Below, piece after piece: positions 51,736-61,456 of a stretch of DNA of 64,000 bases. Both the position numbers and the translations under genes were made by a program. How positions within the stretch are numbered: position 1 is the first letter of the stretch; each line of letters opens with the position of its first letter. Origin of the DNA: an uncultured Chloroflexia bacterium (GTDB lineage Bacteria; Chloroflexota; Chloroflexia; QHBQ01; JADMIH01); NCBI GenBank assembly GCA_963797095.1, contig CAWCNY010000006.1, positions 288,001 through 352,000 on the forward strand, given 5' to 3'. A model generated the notes under the pieces. The model had not been told where the DNA came from, did not search any database, and was given only the letters and a program-made list of their open reading frames with translations.

Positions 51736-53250
51736 ATGAGCAGCCAACCCGTCCTGTCCCTCAAGGGATTGGGCTACCTCAACTACCTGCATAACACCCT
51801 CAGCCAGCCGCTCGGCTCCTGGGAAGGCTTTTATCGCCCGCAGAGCCAGTCGATGAACTTCGCCCTGCGCTACCAGTTGGCTTTTTCCACCTATGCTCTC
51901 GCGGCCCTTCAGCAGGCCACCCCCGCCTACCGCGCCCCCTACGTGGAGGCTATGCGTGCTGCTATCGAGAAGCTTATCCACCCCGACGTTTGGAGCTACT
52001 GGCGCGCTCCACAGGAGCATTCGGAGGCGGGTCAAGAGCGGAATGGGATGGCCTCTTCCGGCCACATAGCGGTGCTTGTTAGCCCTCATCAGAGGACCAT
52101 TCCCGGGGCGCCCTCCGATCCCATCGCTCGCGATAACCTCCAGTATTCCGGCCACCTGAGCACCATGCTCGGCCTCTATGAGAAAGTATCGGGCGATGGT
52201 CGCTACGACAGCCCATTCACCCTCCATGATCCTTTCTGCGGAGTTGAATTTACCTACACTCATGGCAAAGTGGCCGACCGCATCCATTCCCAGATGGTGC
52301 TCAATCGCTTCGGCGGGGTTTGCTGCGAGCAGGGGATGGCGTATGTGCCTTGCAATAATCACGCGATGGCCTCCAACACCTTGCACGATGCCTTGCACGG
52401 GACACGGTTCCGCGACGCCAACGCAGGATGGCTCAAGACGGTTCGTGACAAACTTGTCCTGAAAGGCCCCGCCCTCCGTGGTGTATTCGGCACGGCCTAC
52501 ATGAAAGACCTGGGCCTCGCCACTCCCATCGCTTTCAACTTCACCGACGCCTGGGGCCTGGCCTTCATGCTCCCTTTCAGCCGCCCATTGGTGCGCAAGC
52601 TGTACGGCAAGTTCAAGAAGCGTGGCGTGTCGCGGGCAGGCTCAGATGGCGCGTTCGTCGGCTCGGCCAACGTGAGCGAGCGCATGGAGATCAGCGATAT
52701 CCCGATAAACACAGGCTTTGGCTTGATACTCTCTCGCGGCATGGGAGACACCGATCTTTTCGACGACCTCTCGCGCTACAGCGAGCAGGCCTTCGGAGCA
52801 GGCTGGCACGGCGACCGCTATTTCTACGCCGGTGCTCCCCGCACCCTCCACGCTACCGCCCTCTACGCCATCTCGGAGGCTATCGAGCCTGGCGGTGAAG
52901 GCTTCGCACGGCTCTTCAACGAATCGCCCGACCGCGCTGCGGGCAGCAACCCTTACCTCGACTCCGTCACGAGCGATACAAACCGCGTGGGCGTATCGCA
53001 GGCATATTTCGACGAGCAGGAACACACGTTGCATATTGCTCTTCGACAGGTGGGCGATCCCATCGCTTTGCGCGACGCGGCCCCTCTCAAGGCAACTCTC
53101 ACAATCGGCAATGTGCCGGGCGAAATCCACCTTGTAAGTGTAGGAGCGGCTGCGTCCGAATACACGCGCTTGCCTGGCGGTCATGTGACCATAGATGCCA
53201 CTGTGTTACCTGATAAAGAATTGCTGCTCGCGATACGTCTGGCTGCATAA
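51736..53250 (+). CDS. linalool dehydratase/isomerase-like protein
   Basis: RYQLAF..YALA, VWSYW, DPI..DNLQYSGHL..M.GLY, GVCCE....YVPCN. Confidence 0.72.
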   Translation: MSSQPVLSLKGLGYLNYLHNTLSQPLGSWEGFYRPQSQSMNFALRYQLAFSTYALAALQQATPAYRAPYVEAMRAAIEKLIHPDVWSYWRAPQEHSEAGQERNGMASSGHIAVLVSPHQRTIPGAPSDPIARDNLQYSGHLSTMLGLYEKVSGDGRYDSPFTLHDPFCGVEFTYTHGKVADRIHSQMVLNRFGGVCCEQGMAYVPCNNHAMASNTLHDALHGTRFRDANAGWLKTVRDKLVLKGPALRGVFGTAYMKDLGLATPIAFNFTDAWGLAFMLPFSRPLVRKLYGKFKKRGVSRAGSDGAFVGSANVSERMEISDIPINTGFGLILSRGMGDTDLFDDLSRYSEQAFGAGWHGDRYFYAGAPRTLHATALYAISEAIEPGGEGFARLFNESPDRAAGSNPYLDSVTSDTNRVGVSQAYFDEQEHTLHIALRQVGDPIALRDAAPLKATLTIGNVPGEIHLVSVGAAASEYTRLPGGHVTIDATVLPDKELLLAIRLAA

Positions 53251-53276
53251 ATGTGATAGAAGAGGCTTTCCGTGCT

Positions 53277-53363
53277 TTTTCCACGCCCCTTGCGCTATGG
53301 ATGTGGAAAACCACCCACTTTAATGTGGAAAACGTGCGCATTATGGGGATAACTTGTGGATAA
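53277..53363. promoter_or_regulatory. DnaA-box cluster
   Basis: TGTGGATAA (53355, perfect), TGGGGATAA (53344), TGTGGAAAA (53302, 53324), TTTTCCACG (53277). Confidence 0.6.
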
Positions 53364-54312
53364 TCACCCGCTCGATGGCTGGACGCTGGTGATCTGCAAC
53401 CCTATATCGGGGTCAGGTCGCGGCATGTCTATCCTTTCCACGGTCAGGCGCGCATTCGATGACGAGGGCGTGGCCTACAGCGCCGAAATCTCGCGCAAGC
53501 GCGGCGACGTGGCCCGGCTAGCCCGCTCAGGCGTGCTCTCAGGCTGCGGCGCTGTAGTGGTAATTGGCGGCGACGGCAGTTTCTTCGAAGCGGTAAACGG
53601 TGTGATCGGTCCCGTTGAGCCCGCTGACGCGGAAGGTGGGGCCGTGGGAGGTGTGGCGTTGGGACTTGTCCAAGCGGGCCGGGGTAGCGACTTCGGCAGG
53701 TCGGCGGGCATACCCTCGGACGTTCAGGCTGCCTGCGCCCGCCTTCTTGCTGGGCGTACCGCGCAGTTCGACCTGGGGCACGTCACGTACCGCTCGTTCG
53801 ACGGAAAAACGCGCCGCAGGTACTTCGCCAACGCCGCCGGGCTGGGATTCGATGCTGAGGTCGCTTTGCGGGCGAACGCAGGCCCCCGCAACCTGGGCGG
53901 TACAATCCCCTATCTGAGCAGCCTGTTGCGAACTTTGGTTTCCTACACCAACAAGCGCGTTCAGGTGACTCTTGACGATGCGGATCCCTGGCCTGCTCGC
54001 GTAAATAGCCTGGTAGTAGCCAACGGCCAGTACTTCGGCGGCGGCATGAAGATCGCCCCCACCGCCAGCCTTTCGGATGGCATATTCGATATCACAGTGC
54101 TTGGCGACCTCGATAAGGTGGACCTGGTGCGCAACGTACCTCGCGTATACGATGGCAGCCATCTGACCCACCCCAAAGTTAGCACCGCCCGCGCCACCAC
54201 GGTCCATGTCGAGCCATCTGACCGCACGCTACTCCAGGCCGACGGCGAGGTGCTGGGCATGGCCCCGGCCACCTTCACAATAGTGCCTGCTGCCCTCCGG
54301 ATGATTGTTTGA
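53356..54312 (+). CDS. diacylglycerol kinase family lipid kinase
   Basis: NP.SG.G, GGDGS..E.VNG, G.GSDF, GLGFDA, NGQYFGGGM, QADGE. Confidence 0.9.
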   Translation: MDNHPLDGWTLVICNPISGSGRGMSILSTVRRAFDDEGVAYSAEISRKRGDVARLARSGVLSGCGAVVVIGGDGSFFEAVNGVIGPVEPADAEGGAVGGVALGLVQAGRGSDFGRSAGIPSDVQAACARLLAGRTAQFDLGHVTYRSFDGKTRRRYFANAAGLGFDAEVALRANAGPRNLGGTIPYLSSLLRTLVSYTNKRVQVTLDDADPWPARVNSLVVANGQYFGGGMKIAPTASLSDGIFDITVLGDLDKVDLVRNVPRVYDGSHLTHPKVSTARATTVHVEPSDRTLLQADGEVLGMAPATFTIVPAALRMIV

Positions 54313-54333
54313 ATAGCAAAGGGGAGAATTATC

Positions 54334-54795
54334 ATGCATGACGCTGACCGGTACATACATGACGTTGCGGCTCTCCACCGCGCTGCCCACAAGCAATTGC
54401 GCGAGGAGATCGCCGACCTTGATACAGATGCTTTGAACTGGATGCCTGGACCGGACACAAGCTCAATAGGCACTATCCTGGTGCACGCCCTGGGGGCCGA
54501 GGCCGAGATGCTTCGCAATCTACTCAATATCCCCACCCGGCGCGACCGCGATTCCGAATTCATAACCACCGTCCACAGGCGCGAGGCCCTTCAGCAGTTG
54601 ATCGACGGCGCGGAAGCCGATTGGGATGCGCTCGCCTCCAGGCTCACCGCCGTTGAACTTAGAACGCAGATCCCTCGACCCAACAAACCAATACCGGAGT
54701 CCGGCCTCTTCTGGCTTGTGCGCAACCACGGCCATCTCCGCGAGCACCTGGCCCAGGTGCAACTGACCAAACAACTCTACCGGATGAGAGATTGA
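54334..54795 (+). CDS. DinB-family protein
   Basis: LNW.P....SSIG.ILVH, H..EHLAQ. Confidence 0.75.
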   Translation: MHDADRYIHDVAALHRAAHKQLREEIADLDTDALNWMPGPDTSSIGTILVHALGAEAEMLRNLLNIPTRRDRDSEFITTVHRREALQQLIDGAEADWDALASRLTAVELRTQIPRPNKPIPESGLFWLVRNHGHLREHLAQVQLTKQLYRMRD

Positions 54796-54877
54796 TGCGG
54801 GTTTGAAATACGACCTGTTGGGCAAATCGGAGGGGCGGGTGACTAAAGCCCGCCCCTCGCCACACAATCAGACCTGA

Positions 54878-55645
54878 TCAGTATGCCTTTCTCCTGAAGA
54901 GGGGCAGCGCAATCGCCACGGGTATAACAGCCGCCACCAGGCACACGGCAAACTCCTTTGCCGGGAAGCCCACGCCGAGAAAAGCGTCCGCGCTGTACCA
55001 GTAGTTGGGCAGGCTCCAGTTGGCCCAGTCGGGTAGGAGCGTGGAAACCAGGCCGGGAATGCCCACCACTATCGCCACCAGCAAGGCCAGCCCGACCGAT
55101 TTCAATAGATCGTCGAATACTACCGAGAAAAGCGCAGCCACGCCGAGCACCCCCAGTGTGCCAAGCCAGATAAGGACCACTGAAACAAGCAGGCCCATTA
55201 CATCTATGCTATGCCCTGCTATCGCGCCTGCTACGAGCAGGCAGAGTCCGCTCAGGAGGCAAATGCCCAGTTGCAGGGCCGCCGCAACCCCGTATTTGGT
55301 GACGAATACCTGCGCCCGGCTGACCGGCTTGCTCAGCAAGAAGAAGATCGTGCCCTTGCTTACCTCACCCGCGATCAGTCCGCCACCGAGGAAGGCTGCC
55401 AGCCCACCCAACACCATCTGACCGTTCTTGCCAAACCACTGGAAGAAGACGTAGTTGTTGTATGCGCCCATCACCGCCTCTACCTGCGATCTGAGCACGT
55501 CGGGCAAGGTTGTGATTGCCGGGCCAAGCGCATCGCGCAGCAAATCGTAAGAAAAGGCGATCAGCAGGGTAAACGCCAGCGTGAGCACGCCCGCGATTAT
55601 CAGTTTCCCACGCGCCTCTACCAACTCTTTAGTGATCATCGCCAC
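54878..55645 (-). CDS. ABC-2 type permease
   Basis: AGEVSKGT..FLLSKPVSR....TKY. Confidence 0.85.
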   Translation of the reverse strand: MAMITKELVEARGKLIIAGVLTLAFTLLIAFSYDLLRDALGPAITTLPDVLRSQVEAVMGAYNNYVFFQWFGKNGQMVLGGLAAFLGGGLIAGEVSKGTIFFLLSKPVSRAQVFVTKYGVAAALQLGICLLSGLCLLVAGAIAGHSIDVMGLLVSVVLIWLGTLGVLGVAALFSVVFDDLLKSVGLALLVAIVVGIPGLVSTLLPDWANWSLPNYWYSADAFLGVGFPAKEFAVCLVAAVIPVAIALPLFRRKAY

Positions 55646-56600
55646 CCTCTTTCATGTATTCAAGGAACAAGTCTTCCAGGTTCAGATTGGTTATGTCCAC
55701 GTCACGTGGAGCCGGTGTCATGCTTTGCACCGCCTGGACCACTTTGTCTGTATCTTCGCTTACCACTAGCCGCACGCTCCGGCCTTCCTGTTCTACTCGC
55801 TTCACGCCCGGCAGCGACCTCAGAGCCGCGATCCCATCTCCTGATGGTGTGTCGGCGTACATCAGTCTGACCACCTTGTGCATTTGCTTCAGGTTATCCA
55901 GGTTGTCGCTAACTACCAGTTTCCCTTTATTGATGATGCCAACATGGTCGGCCACTTCCTCTACCTCTGAAAGAATGTGCGACGAGAAGAAGATCGTTTT
56001 CCCTTCGGCGGCTATCTCTGATATAAGCGCCCTGAGGAATTGCCGCCTCGCGATGGGGTCGAGACCGGATGTCGGCTCGTCCAGTATCAGCAGGTCCGGT
56101 TCGCTCCCCAATGCGAGGCTAAGCGCCAGTTGCGACTTCATCCCCTTGGAAAACTGCCCAACTTTAGCTTGCGTGGATAGGCCGAACATGCCGATATAGT
56201 GGTCGACTGTTGCCTGGTTCCACCTGCGGTTGGTATCCTTGCAGAAGTTGCACAACTGCGGGATCGTCAGGTAATCGTAAAGGCTGTTTACCTCGCTCAC
56301 ATACCCTGTACGAGCGCGTATCTCTATGCTATCGGCTACAACATCGTATCCCAACACTCTTGCGCTTCCCTCGTTCGGCGGCCTGAAGCCAAGCAGCGCC
56401 TTGATGGTGGTGGTCTTGCCTGAGCCGTTAGGCCCCAGGAACCCGAACACCGACCCGGTGGCCACCTGGAAGCTCAGCCCGTCCACGGCGGCTATGTCCC
56501 CGTACTTCACCACCAGGCTATTCAGCTCGATCGCTATAGTCGATGGCGAACCGGCCTGTTGCTCTATTTTCTCCCGGTTTGACATTGCTACCGTTGTCAT
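55629..56600 (-). CDS. ABC transporter ATP-binding protein
   Basis: GPNGSGKTT, FSKGM, LILDEPTSGLDP, SSH. Confidence 0.93.
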   Translation of the reverse strand: MTTVAMSNREKIEQQAGSPSTIAIELNSLVVKYGDIAAVDGLSFQVATGSVFGFLGPNGSGKTTTIKALLGFRPPNEGSARVLGYDVVADSIEIRARTGYVSEVNSLYDYLTIPQLCNFCKDTNRRWNQATVDHYIGMFGLSTQAKVGQFSKGMKSQLALSLALGSEPDLLILDEPTSGLDPIARRQFLRALISEIAAEGKTIFFSSHILSEVEEVADHVGIINKGKLVVSDNLDNLKQMHKVVRLMYADTPSGDGIAALRSLPGVKRVEQEGRSVRLVVSEDTDKVVQAVQSMTPAPRDVDITNLNLEDLFLEYMKEGGDDH

Positions 56601-56633
56601 CCCTATACCTCCGCTTGCCTTTACCGCTTACCG

Positions 56634-57020
56634 TTACTCGAAGACCCTGTCTATCTCGGCCTTGAGCCTTGCTTCAAGCTCTGCTGGGTCTATTTCAAGG
56701 CCCGCCGCGTCCTGTACCAGCGTGGCGAGCCGCTTGAAAAGCGCTTCTCGCTGTTGCTCGCGCAACGTTCCGTCCAGGTTCGCCGTTACTACCGTTCCAG
56801 CACCCTGCCTGCTCTCGATCAGGCCGCTGGCCTGTAGATCGTTGTAGGCTCTCACAATAGTGTTGGGCGCTATGGAAAGCTCGCTCGCCATCTGGCGCAC
56901 CGTGGGCAGTTGATCGCCGGGCTGCAAGGTCCCAACTTCCAGGGCGTGCTTCACCTGCTCGACTATCTGCAGGTAGATCGGCACACCGCTATGCTGATTT
57001 ACGCTCAACCAGATAGGCAT
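56634..57020 (-). CDS. GntR family regulator (YtrA subfamily)
   Basis: PIYLQI, LPTVRQ.A..L.I.PNT..RAY, G.GT.V. Confidence 0.9.
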   Translation of the reverse strand: MPIWLSVNQHSGVPIYLQIVEQVKHALEVGTLQPGDQLPTVRQMASELSIAPNTIVRAYNDLQASGLIESRQGAGTVVTANLDGTLREQQREALFKRLATLVQDAAGLEIDPAELEARLKAEIDRVFE

Positions 57021-57042
57021 ACATCCTCAAGAAGATCGAAGA

Positions 57043-57066
57043 ATTGTATCATTGTATTGATACAAT
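57043..57066. promoter_or_regulatory. YtrA-type operator
   Basis: ATTGTATCA-N6-TGATACAAT perfect inverted repeat upstream of the GntR gene. Confidence 0.75.
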
Positions 57067-57197
57067 AACACTATTTTGTTCGGTTGTCAAGATATCGTCT
57101 GGCGAGTTTGCATACATCTGGCTCTGCCTGTATAATAGATGGGTTACGGCGTAAATTCAGCCGTGTGGGTAGCGTCTTTGAGAGGAGTAATTTCGAA

Positions 57198-57431
57198 GTG
57201 GATATCAGGACGGCTCTGGCCATAGTTCAGATCATCATGGCTGTCGTGCTCATTACGTGTGTGCTCATGCAATCCAAAGGCTCCAGCTTTGGGGGCATCT
57301 TCGGTGGTGACGCATCGACCGTCTACCGCACGCGGCGCGGCTTCGAAAAGCGCCTCTTTCAGTTCACAATCGGGCTGGCGGTGGCCTTCTTCCTCGTAGC
57401 CGTTATCAGCAGCTACGTCATTACTCCCTGA
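57198..57431 (+). CDS. secG: preprotein translocase subunit SecG
   Basis: VLMQSKG..FGG.FGG, RRG.EK.L..FT; GTG after GAGGAG. Confidence 0.9.
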   Translation: MDIRTALAIVQIIMAVVLITCVLMQSKGSSFGGIFGGDASTVYRTRRGFEKRLFQFTIGLAVAFFLVAVISSYVITP

Positions 57432-57471
57432 TCCTATCCTCTTATGAGGCAGCCTGCTCCTTGACCTTGTA

Positions 57472-59271
57472 TTGCAGGCTCCCCTCGCAAGCACATTGTC
57501 AGGCGGGCGCTCTTCTATAAGCGTCCCGGCCTCGTCGCAAGCACCTCCCCTTTACTTTATGCGATCCTCTTTCAAGCCACAGGCCCTCGCAGGCTTGTTT
57601 GGTGTGGCCCTCATCCTTGTCTTGCTGGTGATGGGTGCCCAGGCTGGCACTCCACTCGCCCCTCCGCCCGCTCCTTCAGGCGATACTTACGTTGAAGCTA
57701 TGGTGGGCGTGCCACGCTGGGTCAATCCACTCCTTGCCGTCTCTGATACCGACCGCGACCTTTCGCACCTGATATTCAGCGGCCTCACGCGCGTTGACGC
57801 CCAGGGCAACCTGGTTGGCGACCTGGCCTCAGGATGGCAGGCCGCCCCCGACAGCACGGTCTTCACCTTCACTCTCAAGCCAGACCTTACCTGGCACGAT
57901 GGCGAGCCTCTCACCGTCGGCGATGTTCTTTTCACGCTCAACCTTCTGCAATCACAGGACTTTCCAGGCGACCCGGCACTTGCCTTGCCCTGGCACGGAG
58001 TTGACATGACATCACCGAATGATAGCACCATCGTTTTCAAGCTGACCTCCCCCAATGCCTCTTTCCCCCAGTACACCACGCTCGGTATCCTGCCGAGGCA
58101 CATCTGGCAAAGCGTCAAGCCCGCCGACCTCCCAGGCTCGGAATATAACCTTTCGCCTATAGGTTCCGGCCCCTGGCGCTACGCTCACCTGCAAACCCCC
58201 TCCAGCGACGCAAGCCCCTCCGACCTGGTTAGCTCCACTCTAGCCAGCCGGCTACCTGACTCAGTAGACCCCTCTGAAGGGATACTGCTGGTCCGAGCCA
58301 CTTCTGCGCCCAATCAAGGCAAAAGCATCGGGCGCATCTGGTTCAGGCTCTACCCCACTTTTGGCGCGGCCCTCACCGGCTTCCAGCTTGGCGAGGTTCA
58401 TGGCCTGGGCCACATCCCCAACGATGAGCTTGACGCCGTTGCCGCCGTCCCAGGCGTGACGCTCCACACCCAGAACCTCGCCCGCTACAATATGCTGATC
58501 ATGAACCTCGATTCGCCGCTCTTCGATAAGGTGGAGACGAGGCGGGCATTCGAGCTTGCTATCGATAGGAGCACATTGGCCGGTGACGGGCAGGATCGTC
58601 TGGCGATGCCTCTCTATGGGCCTGTTCTCCCTCACTCGTGGGCCCACAGCGCCACCTGCTCTCCCCCTCGATCTCAGGATATAGCGAAGGCGCGCAAGCT
58701 GCTCGACGACGCGGGTTGGACGCTCGGCCCCGATGGTATACGCGCTCGCGACGGTATGACGATGACCGTGGTGGTAGCCGCCAACTCGGACGTGCCTGCA
58801 AATATCACAATGACCCAGCAGGTAGTGAACGACCTGCGCGTGATTGGGGTGGATGCGCGCATGGTGGCCGTTAGCCGCGATGTTCTGCTGAGCGACTATC
58901 TTGGCCCCCGCGCTTTCCATATTGTGCTTGCCAGTTGGGAGGCCCCAGGCCCCGACCCTGATATTTATGATTACTGGCATTCCTCGCAGGCGAAGACAGG
59001 CGGCCTCAACTTCGCGGGCTGGAAGAACACTACCGCCGATAAAGCGCTGGAGACGGAGAGGTCCGATCCCAAGCGGGACGCGCGCACGCCCGCTTTCTGC
59101 GATTTCCAGACGGCGTTCGCGGCGGATGTGCCTGCTGTGGTGCTGTCAACGCCCCTTTACACTTACGCCACGCGCCTGCCAGCGCAGGGGATCACGCTCC
59201 CGAATACCGACCTGCTTTCGCCTGCGAATCGCTTTGATACGCTGGATAATTGGTCTTTGCAATCGCCCTGA
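57472..59271 (+). CDS. peptide ABC transporter substrate-binding protein (family 5); start uncertain
   Basis: NPLLA, LIFSGL, GDLA, WHDG.PLT..DV.FT, PIGSGP, WHSSQ...GLNF. Confidence 0.85.
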   Translation: MQAPLASTLSGGRSSISVPASSQAPPLYFMRSSFKPQALAGLFGVALILVLLVMGAQAGTPLAPPPAPSGDTYVEAMVGVPRWVNPLLAVSDTDRDLSHLIFSGLTRVDAQGNLVGDLASGWQAAPDSTVFTFTLKPDLTWHDGEPLTVGDVLFTLNLLQSQDFPGDPALALPWHGVDMTSPNDSTIVFKLTSPNASFPQYTTLGILPRHIWQSVKPADLPGSEYNLSPIGSGPWRYAHLQTPSSDASPSDLVSSTLASRLPDSVDPSEGILLVRATSAPNQGKSIGRIWFRLYPTFGAALTGFQLGEVHGLGHIPNDELDAVAAVPGVTLHTQNLARYNMLIMNLDSPLFDKVETRRAFELAIDRSTLAGDGQDRLAMPLYGPVLPHSWAHSATCSPPRSQDIAKARKLLDDAGWTLGPDGIRARDGMTMTVVVAANSDVPANITMTQQVVNDLRVIGVDARMVAVSRDVLLSDYLGPRAFHIVLASWEAPGPDPDIYDYWHSSQAKTGGLNFAGWKNTTADKALETERSDPKRDARTPAFCDFQTAFAADVPAVVLSTPLYTYATRLPAQGITLPNTDLLSPANRFDTLDNWSLQSP

Positions 59272-59280
59272 GCTACTTGA

Positions 59281-59330
59281 GTTGAATACACAAAATGGAC
59301 GGCGTTCGCCGTCCATTTTGTGTATTCAAC
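59281..59330. terminator. long perfect inverted repeat between convergent genes
   Basis: gttgaatacacaaaatggacggcg-tt-cgccgtccattttgtgtattcaac. Confidence 0.75.
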
Positions 59331-59337
59331 CCACCTC

Positions 59338-59688
59338 TCAATATATCGTGCCGCGAATCAGCCATAACAGGCATGTGAGAATGAAGCATGCCACCATCAG
59401 TACGAGCAAAATCCAGACCGACATCCAACCCGTGCCGGTCTTGGCCCAGAGGGCCATCTCGATCTCCATGTTCTTATAGTTGAGCAGGTCCTTGGGTGGG
59501 GGGCCGTTCATGTAGCTGAAATCTATTTCATCGCTGCGGTTGGCCGATATTCTGTTTTGCACCGTCGCGGGTTCGTTCTCGTTCTGTTCGTCACCGTCGG
59601 TTTCGGCGTCGTCCGGGGCGCGCAGCCGCTCGGCGTATTTCGCCAGCGTTTCGGCTTCACGCGATCTCCAGATATCTCCGTTCATAAT
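59338..59688 (-). CDS. hypothetical protein with C-terminal TM helix
   Basis: GGAGG before ATG near 59688; hydrophobic C-terminus. Confidence 0.55.
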   Translation of the reverse strand: MMNGDIWRSREAETLAKYAERLRAPDDAETDGDEQNENEPATVQNRISANRSDEIDFSYMNGPPPKDLLNYKNMEIEMALWAKTGTGWMSVWILLVLMVACFILTCLLWLIRGTIY

Positions 59689-59786
59689 AGCCTCCCCGTG
59701 CCGTACCATGGTTCGCAAGCAATAGCCCTATTATATATACTACGAATATCCCAGGATGGTTGCGAATGTTTGCTCGGAGGTCTTGA

Positions 59787-60035
59787 TTGAATTCGCCCGT
59801 TATAGTCTACAGCGGCAATCTTTGAGGCCCATGCCAGCATGTGAAGGAGTTTCTTTCACGCATTGGCATCCCTTTCGAGGATCGCAACATCAGCCTCGAC
59901 CGCCAGGCCAGGGACGAGTACATTGAAAAGGGCTACGACTTGCTGCCTGCTATCGAAGCAGGCAACACCGTGATCACCGAATATACGAGCGTTCCCCAGT
60001 TGATCGAGGTGCTGGCGAAAGAGGGTTATTTGTAG
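59787..60035 (+). CDS. glutaredoxin-like selenoprotein (UxxC), Sec at 59823-59825
   Basis: GGAGG, TTG start, MNSPVIVYSGNL-U-GPCQHVKEFLSRIGIPF..RNI; hairpin ATGCCAG...TTGGCAT after UGA. Confidence 0.85.
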
Positions 60036-60038
60036 CGA

Positions 60039-60785
60039 TTAGCCGGGACGGCCCCTATACTGCGCCAGCCAATCCTCTACATAGGGTCTCCCGCTCGCCA
60101 CGAACACCTCGCTCATTTTCTCTATGTCGAGGGCCACCCGCCGGAAACCAAGGTCCAACTTGCCATCCTCCACAGATAAGACTGCATATTCGGCCCAGTG
60201 GTCAAGCTGGAAGTTTTCCTCGGGTTGGTGGCGGTTGTAGGCGACGCCTACGCTGCCTGGGTTGAAGAAGAAGAAATCGCCCAGGCGACGGATCTGCTGC
60301 AAGTGGGTGTGCCCTCCGGTCAGCACACGGCCTGTGTAGGGGCCGAGCATGCGCTGGAATTCCTCTTCGGGCGTTTCGGGGTAGATGATCTCATCGAATG
60401 AGGCGGGCGACCCGTGGAAGCAGAGCATCTCAACGCCATCCCCAATCGGTACGTTCACGGTTGGTCGGAACGATTCGATATAGCGGCGGTCTTCCTCCGA
60501 TAGACGTTCAAGCTGCCATTGGCGCACCTTCTCCTGCTTCTCCGACACTCCTTCTATAGTGCCCGTGTTGATCCCGCTGAGGAGCCAGGCATCGGCGTTG
60601 CCCATTACGACGGGGCATCCCAGGGCCCGCAGTCGCGCCACCACTTCGGCGGGCTGCGGCCCACCCTGCACAGCATCGCCCAGGCAGACCACGAAGTCGG
60701 CGGGCCTCTCTTGAAGGTCGGCAAGCACCGCGTCGAGCGCGAAGCAGTTGCCGTGTATGTCGGAGATGATGGCTATGCTTGACAT
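60039..60785 (-). CDS. metallophosphoesterase
   Basis: SDIHGN, LGD, GNAD, HGSP, GHTH, NPGSVG. Confidence 0.88.
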   Translation of the reverse strand: MSSIAIISDIHGNCFALDAVLADLQERPADFVVCLGDAVQGGPQPAEVVARLRALGCPVVMGNADAWLLSGINTGTIEGVSEKQEKVRQWQLERLSEEDRRYIESFRPTVNVPIGDGVEMLCFHGSPASFDEIIYPETPEEEFQRMLGPYTGRVLTGGHTHLQQIRRLGDFFFFNPGSVGVAYNRHQPEENFQLDHWAEYAVLSVEDGKLDLGFRRVALDIEKMSEVFVASGRPYVEDWLAQYRGRPG

Positions 60786-60787
60786 GG

Positions 60788-61456
60788 CTAGCTCTCCTTG
60801 ATCTCGCCCGCCCAGCGGTCGTCGGCCTCGCCTCTGATGGTGCGCCATAAGTACAACGCTGCGTAGGAGCGATATGGCTTCCACGGCTCGGCCAATGCGC
60901 GCATCGGCGCAGGCTTGGGAAGGTCGTCCAGCCCATAGAGGCGCTTGAGGGCCACCTGCAAGCCGTAGTCGCCCACGGCGAACACATCAGGGCGGGCCAG
61001 CGAGAACATGAGGAACATCTCGGCGGTCCAGCCCCCGATCCCCTTGACCGCCACCAACTCCTTGATGATCTCCTCATCTTCCATGGCGGCGATGCGGCCC
61101 AGGTGTACCTCGCCTGCTGCCACCTTCTGCGCGAGGTCTTTCACATAACTCACTTTGCCCCACGATAGCCCCGCATCGCGCAGAGCCTGGTCGGGCACGG
61201 CCAGTATATCCTCCACCTCGATATGCTCTTTGCCACCCACCAACGCCCGGAGGCGGCGGATGATCGTATCGGCCACCTTGCCCGATAGTTGCTGCGAGCA
61301 GATCGACTCTACGAGCGTGAAGAAGTAGTCGTCTGTCTGCGAAAGGTGGAGAGGTCCGATCTGCTCGACCAACCCCGCCATCGCCGGCTCCGCTTGCCGC
61401 AAGTGCCCGACGGCAGCCTCCATCTGGGCCTGCGTATCCAGTCTCAGGTTACTCAC
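60788..61456 (-). CDS. DNA-3-methyladenine glycosylase II (AlkA family)
   Basis: SQQLS, GLS..K, L.AVKGIG.WTAEM.LMF.L.RPDV, W.PYRS.A..YLW. Confidence 0.9.
   Translation of the reverse strand: MSNLRLDTQAQMEAAVGHLRQAEPAMAGLVEQIGPLHLSQTDDYFFTLVESICSQQLSGKVADTIIRRLRALVGGKEHIEVEDILAVPDQALRDAGLSWGKVSYVKDLAQKVAAGEVHLGRIAAMEDEEIIKELVAVKGIGGWTAEMFLMFSLARPDVFAVGDYGLQVALKRLYGLDDLPKPAPMRALAEPWKPYRSYAALYLWRTIRGEADDRWAGEIKES

Noticed and set aside
53250-53365. Replication origin
   Set aside because: Too short, with no AT-rich unwinding element and no dnaA/dnaN/parAB context
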